Shown in pieces: positions 9,734-18,400 of a stretch of DNA of 64,000 bases. Position 1 is the first letter of the stretch. Each line of letters begins with the position of its first letter. The translations under genes and the position numbers were made by a program. Source of the DNA: Patescibacteria group bacterium (lineage in GTDB: Bacteria; Patescibacteriota; Minisyncoccia; UBA9983). The notes below the pieces were generated by a model. That model did no database searches, was not told where the DNA came from, and saw nothing but the letters and a program-made list of their open reading frames with translations. Where the stretch lies: the NCBI GenBank assembly GCA_040752125.1, contig JBFMFK010000003.1:19034-83033 (forward strand), given 5' to 3'.

Positions 9734-11053
9734 ATGGAAGAAAGAAATGTCGTAATAAAACTAGAGAATGTAGATTTTTACTACGATAAAGGCAAACCCA
9801 CTGAGGTGAGGGCGCTTAAAGAAATTGATCTTGACATTAAGACTGGTGATTATGTTAGTTTTTTCGGTCCGTCCGGTTGCGGCAAATCTACCATACTTTA
9901 CGTTATTGCTGGCGTGGAAAAGCCGGAATCAGGAAGGGTATTGGTCAATAATCAGGATCTGATGACTTTTTCTCCCAGAGAATTGGCAATTTACAGGCAG
10001 GTTGCCATTGGAATAATTTTTCAGAATTTTAATCTTATACCATCTGTCAGAAATATAGATAATGTTACCTTACCGATGGCCTTTTTGGGAATTTCTCCTG
10101 AAAGAAGAAGGCGCAGAGCAATGGAGATTCTTGGCCGTCTGGACATAGATGATTTAGCAGATCGTTTTCCGCATGAATTGTCCGGAGGCCAGCAGCAGAG
10201 AGTGGCCATTGCTCGAGCAATGGCCAATGACCCACCGATTATTTTAGCTGACGAACCTCTTGGCAATCTTGACACTGCCAATGCCACCAATGTTCTTGAC
10301 CTTTTAAGAAAATTCAAGGAAAGAGACGGTAAAACTATTGTTATGGTTACTCACGAGGCCTGGAGCTTGCGCGATGTGGATCGAGTCTTTTATATGCGCG
10401 ACGGAGCCATTATTAGAATAGAAGAGAGGAAAAAGAAAGAATCTGAATTGAAAAAAGTCGGCACATCATTTTATTACAAAAAGCTCTTTCCCGAATTGGC
10501 AGATGTTGAGAGCAGGGCCAAGGCAGTGGCATCTTTGATGCTTAGAGGCCATTCAAAAGAAGAAGTGAAAAGATTGGAATTTTTTCTCGTGCAGCTGATG
10601 AGGAAAAATATTGAAAAAGATTTATTCAAAAGGTGTCTGGATAGGCCATTTAAAAATGGCGGGGTCGGTCTTTGGAGACAGAAGGCTAATAAGATCGCTG
10701 ATTATGTTGAAGAGATCATCCAAGCACAGTCAGATCTTTCTGTGCTTTATAAAAAATTGGAGAAATTCCCTGATGCTCCATTATATGAAGAAATCAGCAA
10801 TTTGAGAAAGTGGCTGATTGAAGGATATGATTTGCGGTTAACACCGCTTCAAATGGGCCGCCTCAATGAAATTATTGGCGAGAGAATCAGAAATATAATC
10901 TCTGCTGAAGATTTTAAGAAAATTCTTGACCTTTCCAAAGATAAAGGAGGGGTGGGGCTGAAAATCCAGACCAGTTTAAAAATGGCTGAAAAATTGGAAA
11001 CCTTTTTGGGCAAACAAAAGACAGAAGAAATAAATAAAGAAGTAATCGTGTAG
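9734..11053 (+). CDS. LolD/MacB-type ABC ATPase with ~200-aa C-terminal extension
   Basis: GPSGCGKS, LSGGQQQRVAIARA, LADEP; extension contains two LD-x4-GGVGL repeats. Confidence 0.85.
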   Translation: MEERNVVIKLENVDFYYDKGKPTEVRALKEIDLDIKTGDYVSFFGPSGCGKSTILYVIAGVEKPESGRVLVNNQDLMTFSPRELAIYRQVAIGIIFQNFNLIPSVRNIDNVTLPMAFLGISPERRRRRAMEILGRLDIDDLADRFPHELSGGQQQRVAIARAMANDPPIILADEPLGNLDTANATNVLDLLRKFKERDGKTIVMVTHEAWSLRDVDRVFYMRDGAIIRIEERKKKESELKKVGTSFYYKKLFPELADVESRAKAVASLMLRGHSKEEVKRLEFFLVQLMRKNIEKDLFKRCLDRPFKNGGVGLWRQKANKIADYVEEIIQAQSDLSVLYKKLEKFPDAPLYEEISNLRKWLIEGYDLRLTPLQMGRLNEIIGERIRNIISAEDFKKILDLSKDKGGVGLKIQTSLKMAEKLETFLGKQKTEEINKEVIV

Positions 11054-11064
11054 CGAATATTTTT

Positions 11065-12336
11065 ATGGATACTCAAAAATTTCAAGAAAAAGAATTTAAG
11101 ATACAAAGAGAACAGAACATGGTGTTAAAAGCTGATTCCCACCATCTTCGGTTTGGAGATCTTTTTAAATTGTCTTTGCGAGTTTTCAGGGTGAGACCGG
11201 CAAGAACTCTGCTGACGATTTTGGGAATTTCCATAGGCATTGGCACGGTTTTGTTTTTGGTTTCTTTGGGCTATGGCCTGCAGTATATTTTAATAGGAAA
11301 ACTGGCAGCCACAGAGGATTCTTTGGTAACATTGGATGCTTATTATCCTACGGAAAGCAATCTTAACATTATGCAAAAAGACATTGATGAGATTCTTGTT
11401 ATGGAGGGAGCCCAGGAAATAAGTCCGGTGGCAGAATTCACCGGAGAAACAAAGCTAGACACTCTTTCAGGATTTGTAATGGTGAAGATAGTGCGTCCGA
11501 ATTATTTCCGCTTGTCTGGAACGGCCGCAGACAAGGGTTCTGTATTTACTGAAGGCGAGAAATCAGCAATAATTTCCAATAATGCCCTGCAGCTTTTTGA
11601 TTTGGATCCTGATAATGCTCTTGGCAAAAAGGTTTCTGTAAAGGTTTTTTTCCTGCTCAATCAAGAATCAGAAGTTAAGACTGTGGATATTACTTCGGAA
11701 TTCAACATCAAAGGCATTATCAATGACGACACCCAACAGCCTTTTATTATGATTCCTTTTGATTCAGTTCCAGAGGCACCCCCTTCTTATCAGAGGATTT
11801 TGGTCAAAGCAAAGAGCATAGATGAAGTAGAGCCATTAAGAGATAAATTGATTGCCCAAGGATTTTTAATTTCCGCGAGAATTGATTTGGTAAATCAGGC
11901 AAAAAAAATCATGACCATCATCACTATTATCTTAGGTGTATTCGGCGTAACCGCCCTAGTTGTTTCTGCTATCGGAATGTTCAATACTATGATTATCGGA
12001 TTTATGGAAAGAATTTTTGAAGTCGGAATTATGAAATCAATCGGCGCTTCAATACAGGATATCAGAAATCTTTTTCTGATGGAATCTTTCATAATGGGAA
12101 TCTTAGGCGGCATTGGCGGAATTTTGATAGGGATCTTGAGCGGAGAAATATTCAATCTTGTTTTGAATCTCATTGCCAAGAACTTGGGCGGAAAGTCTGT
12201 TCAGTTGTTTATTTATCCTTGGCAATTTTTGATTTTTATTTTTATAATCTCAGCATTAGTTGGCATCAGCTCTGGATTCTGGCCTGCGCGCAAGGCATCA
12301 AAACTGTCGCCAAAACAAGCCTTCATACAGAAGTAA
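11065..12336 (+). CDS. MacB/FtsX-family ABC permease
   Basis: RTLLTILGISIG, ERIFEVGIMKSIGAS, PARKASKLSP. Confidence 0.9.
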   Translation: MDTQKFQEKEFKIQREQNMVLKADSHHLRFGDLFKLSLRVFRVRPARTLLTILGISIGIGTVLFLVSLGYGLQYILIGKLAATEDSLVTLDAYYPTESNLNIMQKDIDEILVMEGAQEISPVAEFTGETKLDTLSGFVMVKIVRPNYFRLSGTAADKGSVFTEGEKSAIISNNALQLFDLDPDNALGKKVSVKVFFLLNQESEVKTVDITSEFNIKGIINDDTQQPFIMIPFDSVPEAPPSYQRILVKAKSIDEVEPLRDKLIAQGFLISARIDLVNQAKKIMTIITIILGVFGVTALVVSAIGMFNTMIIGFMERIFEVGIMKSIGASIQDIRNLFLMESFIMGILGGIGGILIGILSGEIFNLVLNLIAKNLGGKSVQLFIYPWQFLIFIFIISALVGISSGFWPARKASKLSPKQAFIQK

Positions 12337-12406
12337 TCGCGGATTAACGAATTTGTGCGAATATGACTAATACAAAAGAAAATAAATACTTATTTAAAAC
12401 CAAAAT

Positions 12407-12820
12407 ATGAATGGTCCAATAAAAATTCTGGCGATTGAGGATGATGAATTTATAAGAATCTTGTTAATGGATATTTTCTGGATTCATGGTGTCAAAGACA
12501 ATCTTCAGCTTCTTCTGGCTAGCAACATCAGCGAGGCAAGAGATATTTTAAATAGAGAGAAACCAGCATTGATTATTTTGGATATGATGCTGCCTGAAAA
12601 AGAAGAAGAGCCGTTGAATAAGCTTGCTGGTTGCAAATTTTTGGAAGAATTAAAGAAAAACTCGCGAACACGAGATATTAAAATACTTGTATTTTCTGGT
12701 TTTGACGATAAAGAGCTAAAGGAAAAAGCAATGAAATTAGGAGCAGATAAATTTTTAGTCAAAGGAGAGCATATGCCAAAAGAGCTTTTAGATTCAATAA
12801 AAGAGCTAATCAACATATAA
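12407..12820 (+). CDS. Stand-alone response regulator receiver
   Basis: IEDD, LDMMLP (phospho-Asp), GADKFLVK. Confidence 0.9.
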   Translation: MNGPIKILAIEDDEFIRILLMDIFWIHGVKDNLQLLLASNISEARDILNREKPALIILDMMLPEKEEEPLNKLAGCKFLEELKKNSRTRDIKILVFSGFDDKELKEKAMKLGADKFLVKGEHMPKELLDSIKELINI

Positions 12821-13048
12821 TTTTGCTTTGTTTCTCGCGAAAGCAAGAAGAATTTCTCTATCTCGCATCCACGAGATTTTTATTTTTTCAGAAATTGAAA
12901 AAATTTTTTATCATCAGGAGATAAACGAATTTTTATTTATCCACAAGAAAAACAATAAAAAACATATCAAAAAAAACAATAATGCAATATAATTAATGCA
13001 ATATAATTAACATTAATAATGTATTAGCAATGTATTAAGGGAAGGCAT

Positions 13049-13363
13049 ATCGAAAAACCAATCAAAAAATTTTCAATAAATAAAAAAGAAGCAGAGCAGA
13101 TTAAAAATATAATCAAAAGACATATTAATCTGAGAGATTATAAAATTTTTATTTTCGGATCGCGAGCAAAGGGCAGAGCTCGAAAATTTTCTGATTATGA
13201 TGTAGGAATTATAGGTAAGAAAGAAGTGCCTAGCGAGAAAATGATTTTGATTGAAGAAGAATTTGAAAATTCAGATTTGCCATATAGTGTTGAAGTAATA
13301 GATTTTGCTATGGTGAGTGATGATTTTAAAAAAATTGCTTTAAAGAAAATTAAAAAACTATGA
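13049..13363 (+). CDS. Minimal nucleotidyltransferase (MNT) antitoxin missed by the ORF track; no canonical start at the 5' end (ATC at 13049)
   Basis: Open frame encodes IFIFGSRAKGRARKFSDYDVG...SDLPYSVEVIDF; ends TGA 13361-63, just before a HEPN gene. Confidence 0.8.
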   Translation: MEKPIKKFSINKKEAEQIKNIIKRHINLRDYKIFIFGSRAKGRARKFSDYDVGIIGKKEVPSEKMILIEEEFENSDLPYSVEVIDFAMVSDDFKKIALKKIKKL

Positions 13364-13374
13364 GCTAAAACCAA

Positions 13375-13755
13375 ATGAAGAAAGAGAGAAAAGACACACT
13401 AATTGAAAAGTTTGAAGAAGCCTTTCAGAGATTGGAAGAAGCAATTAAAGAACGGCCGACTCAAATGAACAAAGATGCAACTATCCAACGTTTTGAATTT
13501 ACTTTTGAATTAAGTTGGAAAGCGGCGCAAGCATTTTTGAAAGATCAAGGCATTGTTTGTAAAAGTCCGCGAGATTGTTTCAGAAAGTCTGCTGATTATG
13601 GTCTGATTAAAAGTCCAACACCCTGGTTTGATTTTTTAAAAGCAAGAAATAATATTGCGCATACCTATAACCAAAAGATGGCAGATAGGATTTATAAAAA
13701 AGCAATTAAATTTCCAAATTTCGCTGAAAAACTTTTAAAAAATTTAAAAGAATAA
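13375..13755 (+). CDS. HEPN toxin, HI0074/nucleotidyltransferase substrate-binding family
   Basis: DATIQRFEFTFELSWK, SPRDCFR, R-x4-H motif RNNIAH. Confidence 0.9.
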   Translation: MKKERKDTLIEKFEEAFQRLEEAIKERPTQMNKDATIQRFEFTFELSWKAAQAFLKDQGIVCKSPRDCFRKSADYGLIKSPTPWFDFLKARNNIAHTYNQKMADRIYKKAIKFPNFAEKLLKNLKE

Positions 13756-13765
13756 CTTAACAAAC

Positions 13766-13857
13766 ATAAAAAAGTTTTTCAAAAATATTATAATAAATAA
13801 AAAATCCGAAATCCGAAATCCTAAACAAATTTCAATGAATCAAATCCCAAATTCAAA
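13766..13857 (+). repeat. ~90-bp direct repeat copy 1 (TATAAT box plus AAATCC(G/T) heptamers)
   Basis: Near-identical to 14522-14610. Confidence 0.9.
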
Positions 13858-13867
13858 TTAAAAACAT

Positions 13868-14098
13868 ATGATAACAAAAATCCCATTGAAATCTTATAAA
13901 AAACAAATCTCTTTGAAACGTTTCTCGGGGAAATGGGTAGCTTTTATTAATGATAAAGTTATTGCCTGGGCAGATAACCTTCAAGATTTAGAGAGAAAGA
14001 TAAAAAAGATAAGACCCAAAAAGGAACCAGTTTATTTTTTGGTACCAAGAAAAGATGAAGGGCCCTATATTTTGTTTCCCATACATTTTCCACAATAA
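13868..14098 (+). CDS. DUF5678-like small protein
   Basis: GKWVAFINDKVIAWADNL...VP pattern. Confidence 0.7.
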   Translation: MITKIPLKSYKKQISLKRFSGKWVAFINDKVIAWADNLQDLERKIKKIRPKKEPVYFLVPRKDEGPYILFPIHFPQ

Positions 14099-14114
14099 TT
14101 CAATATGAAAAAAC

Positions 14115-14504
14115 ATGGAAAAAGAATTTAATTATTCACAAAAAGATAATAAATGGTATCCAACTATTGATGTAATTCTTCAAGGTCATGTGCGAGGGCG
14201 AGCCTTTAGGGCTTTAGTTGATTCTGGGGCTTCTATTTCAATATTTCGAGGAGAAGTTGCTGATTATTTAGGAATTCTTTTAGAAAAAGGAAAGCCGACG
14301 TATTTAACCGGAGTTGGTGGAAGAATTTTAGGTTACTTACATAAAATTCCTGTAGAAATTGAAAATAAAAAATTTAATTGTAAAATCATTTTTTCACGAG
14401 AATATACAGTTTCTTTTAATATTTTAGGTCGTGATAACTTTTTCTTGCCGTTTTTAATCACTTTTAACGAGAAGATGAGAAAATTAAAAATTATTGATTA
14501 TTAA
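14115..14504 (+). CDS. Retropepsin-like aspartyl protease
   Basis: ALVDSGAS catalytic motif, GVGG flap, ILGRD. Confidence 0.85.
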   Translation: MEKEFNYSQKDNKWYPTIDVILQGHVRGRAFRALVDSGASISIFRGEVADYLGILLEKGKPTYLTGVGGRILGYLHKIPVEIENKKFNCKIIFSREYTVSFNILGRDNFFLPFLITFNEKMRKLKIIDY

Positions 14505-14521
14505 TTATGAGATGAGAAAAT

Positions 14522-14610
14522 ATAAAAAAGTTTTTCAAAAATATTATAATAAAAAATCCTAAATCCTAAATCCTAAACAAATTTCAATGAATCAAATCCT
14601 AAAATCCAAA
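14522..14610 (+). repeat. ~90-bp direct repeat copy 2
   Basis: Near-identical to 13766-13857. Confidence 0.9.
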
Positions 14611-14614
14611 CAAT

Positions 14615-14740
14615 ATGAGAATTAAAATTTGCAAAAAATATTTGGCAATAATTACAATCGTTGTTCTTCTTTTGGGAATGATGCCGGCAAAAGAAGTTGA
14701 GGCGGCCACTTTTAGCAGGATGTTAATTAAAAATTTTTAA
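14615..14740 (+). pseudogene. Orphan signal-peptide mini-ORF (41 aa), 5' remnant paralogous to the start of the 1630-aa gene
   Basis: MRIKICKKYLAIITIVVLLLGMMPAKEVEAATFSRMLIKNF*; shares VEAATF and 18/19 nt with 15536-15554. Confidence 0.75.
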
Positions 14741-15087
14741 TGAATTATTCCATGGGTACCAAAATTGAAATTAAAAATTTACCAAAAGAGTTGAGGAAGA
14801 AAAGAATAGAAGAAAAATTAGCAGAAATTTGTGAACGCGAGGCCATAATCCTTATGTCTGTCTTTGGTTCTTTTGTTAAGGGACAGCAAAGAAAAAAAAG
14901 CGACATTGATATGGCAATTGAGTTTGCTAAAAATAGTGGAAAAAGCCTTTTGGATTTAGTTCGGATAGAAAATGAATTGACAAAAATATTTAAAAGAAAA
15001 GTAGACCTCGGGATTTTCAGCAGCCTAAATCCTTACATAATTCAAGATGTAAAAAAAGAAATGCAAACAATTTATGAAAAAAGATAA
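14740..15087 (+). CDS. MNT antitoxin
   Basis: FGSFVKGQQRKKSDID (GS-x10-DxD), RKVDL. Confidence 0.9.
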   Translation: MNYSMGTKIEIKNLPKELRKKRIEEKLAEICEREAIILMSVFGSFVKGQQRKKSDIDMAIEFAKNSGKSLLDLVRIENELTKIFKRKVDLGIFSSLNPYIIQDVKKEMQTIYEKR

Positions 15088-15412
15088 GGCCTATTTAAAG
15101 CATATTTTAGATGCAATAGCCGATATAAAGAAATTTACAGAAGATATCTCAGAAGAAAAGTTTTATGAAGATAAAGAAAAACAGTATGCTGCCTTGAGGG
15201 GGCTTGAGATAATTGGCGAGGCAACAAAGAATCTTAGTAGGGAGTTAAGAGCAAAGAATCCTGAGATTCCCTGGAAAGATATTGCAGGTATGAGAGATAA
15301 GTTAATTCATGAATATTTTGGTGTCAATCTGGAATTAGTTTGGGAAACTATTAAAGATAGACTTCCTAAACTTAAAAAACAAATTTCTGAAATATTAAGT
15401 AACCTTAAATAA
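15074..15412 (+). CDS. HEPN toxin (DUF86/HepT-like)
   Basis: LEIIGEA, IPWKDIAGMRDKLIHEYFGV (R-x4-H). Confidence 0.92.
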   Translation: MKKDKAYLKHILDAIADIKKFTEDISEEKFYEDKEKQYAALRGLEIIGEATKNLSRELRAKNPEIPWKDIAGMRDKLIHEYFGVNLELVWETIKDRLPKLKKQISEILSNLK

Positions 15413-15442
15413 AATTTAGTAAAAAAGTAAAAAGAAAAAAAT

Positions 15443-18400
15443 ATGAGAAAATTTGAAAAATTTTTAAAGAAAACTTTATCAATAATCCTTTTGGTTATTT
15501 TGGTTAGTAGTGCTCTTTTTGCAAATCCCCAAACTGTTGAGGCGGCGACTTTTAATTGGACGCAGAGTAATTGGTCTGGCGGGGCTTCTGCCAACACTGC
15601 TTCTCATCCTACCAATCAAACCGGCTGGAGTTATTATGCTTCAAAAGATGCTAATTTATCCGCTGGAGCGAGCAGCTTAACTCTCTCCACTATTGCTTCT
15701 TCCACCACCCAAACCACGAATGCTGATTTTAATTCGGGAGCAACTTCAACAACGCAGGTGAGTAATAATAGTGTGGTGTTGGCAGTAGAAACGCCGGGAG
15801 CTTCTTGTGAAAGTAGCATTACTGTTAACCACACTGCCGGCGCAATATCGCCAATTACCACAAGTATTACTTATGGAACGGTAATTACTAATCTTACAGG
15901 ATCTAATAAATGCTGGATAACCCAAAACCTTGGTGCTTCCCAACAGGCAAGTTCAGCTACTGATAATACCGATGCCTCTGCTGGCTGGTATTGGCAATTT
16001 AACCGCAAGCAGGGGTATGCAGTTGGGCCAACACCTGCCTGGACAATTACATCCATTGATGAATCTAGCGACTGGACTTCAGCTAATGACCCCTGCACCA
16101 TAGAGCTGGGCACCGGTTGGCGCTTGCCTACTTATACTGAATGGGCTAATGCTGATGGAGGATGGGCTAACTATAACGATACATACGCTTCTGTGTTAAA
16201 ACTCCATGCTGCTGGCGGCCTCTTCGCCAGCAGTGGCGGCCTGTACGGCAGAGGCGCGACCGGCCTCTACTGGAGCAGTACTCAGTACATTAGCACCCTC
16301 GGCTACTACCTGATCTTCGACAGCAGCAGCAGCAACATGGGCAGCGACAACAATAAGGCGTCTGGGTTTTCGGTGCGCTGCCTTACAGATAATATTTTAG
16401 GCTACTACTCCTCTGGCACTTTTACTTCTAATGTGATTAATCTTGGAACAAATGTAAATTGGGGCAATCTTTCCTGGACTGAAACAGGAACAGGCACGAT
16501 AACTATGAAAGCTCGGTCTTGTGATGACAGCGCTTGTTCTGGTGAAGCAGCTTTCACAAGTTGTTCTAATATCACTAATGGCGCGGCTTTATCAACTGGT
16601 AATTGTGTAACTAATGGTCATCAATATATTCAATATCAAACTGCGCTCTCAACTTCAGATATCTCATTTACACCTTCTTTAGATGACGTGACTATTGGAT
16701 ATAATTATTATCCTTCTTCTCAAAATCTAACTTCATCTAAATACGATTCCTCATCTGACGGCAATGTTATTGGCGGCCTGGCTTGGGATGAGGATGCGAC
16801 TCTTACTTCTGGAACGAGTGTAACCCTGTCACTTCGCACTGCTTCAAGCACAGTTAATCTTGATTCTGCCTCTTGGAGCGATTTTACCAATGCCACAGCA
16901 AATTGTTCTAAAGCAGGGACAAGAGTAACTTGCACCTCTTCAGCCATTCCTTCTTCTATGAAAGACGGCTCTGGCGACCAGTGGCAGCAATATAAAGTTA
17001 CTCTGACTTCTACTGGTGCTAACAAACCCACTGTAACATCTGTCATTCTCACTTATGTGGTTAATGCTCGGCCGGAGTTTGATGTGCCTAATACCACTGC
17101 TTCCCAAATCTCTGATTCCGGCAGTGCTAACTGGGGCAAGGTGCAGATAACTTATCCTATTAAAGACATTGATACTACTTCTGGTTCTATTACTCCCGGA
17201 TATGTCACTCCTTCTTTTGAATATAATACTGGCTCTGGCTGGACAACCATTACCTCTGGTTATTTGAATTCCGGAGCTTTAGACAATAAAGCGGTGCAGG
17301 AAGGAAGCTATACATCGCACACTGCTTATTGGGACGCCAAAACGCAGATCCCTAGCACTTATACAACGACCGGCCAGATACGTATCACTATAAATGATAA
17401 TGAGGGCGCCAATAATTCCACCAGCACTACCATTTCCAATATTACCATTGACACTACGAATCCAACTTTATCAGCTTTTACCCTTGACTCGTCCGCGGAT
17501 ACTTTAACGATTTCTGCTTCTGATAATTCTAATCTCCAATATCTAATTTCTAATAACCAAGACGGCTCGGCTGATGGCTCTAATGCTATTTCCAGCTCTT
17601 GGCAAACAGTAGGAGGAACTTCTACCAGTACTACCCGCGCCTGGGCATATTCTCCGGACTCCACTGGTTATGAATCAGTTACTATTGCCTACAGAGATAT
17701 TTACGGAAACACTGCCACTACCACAGATATAGCGCCTTATCAGCCCAAGAACTTTTACTATAAAGATATCTGCAATACTGCTATCAATGACTGGAGAGAA
17801 TTTCTTTCTTGGGGAGTGTATACTGCCACCACCACTTCTTCTTGGGCTAATTACAAAGTTTATCGGTCCACAGATGGAACGACTTATTCTTTGCTTGGCA
17901 CTTTAAGCAGTGACGTTAATACCAATTACTATATTGATTCTTCTGTAGCTTCAACTACTACTTATTATTATAAAGTTTTAATCACTGATTCTGACGGAGA
18001 TATTTCATCTTTCACAGACCCGGTGTCCGATCTGCCCAATGGCCAGGGCGGTTCTGACTCTACCGCTCCCTTAATCACTTCCGGCCCTACTGTGACAGAA
18101 ACCAAATCAACCTGGGCAAGCATTGTCTGGACAACAGACGAGATTTCCAATTCAGTGGTGGAATACGGCTTGACAACTAGCTACGGCTTAACCAGCACGG
18201 TAAACACTATGGTTACTTCTCATTCTGTAACTTTAACCGGGCTCACTCCCAACACCACTTATTATTTTCGGGTTAAATCAACAGATATTGCCTCTAACAC
18301 GGTCACATCAAGCGGCTCGTCATTTGTCACCACTCAAGGACCGATTATCTCTTCTGTCACAGCAGAGAGCGTGACTGACAATACCGCTTCTATTGTCTGG

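Noticed and set aside
14512-14545. ATGAGAAAATATAAAAAAGTTTTTC as a third copy of the large gene's start
   Set aside because: The similarity to 15443 is short and A/T-rich, so it cannot be distinguished from chance.
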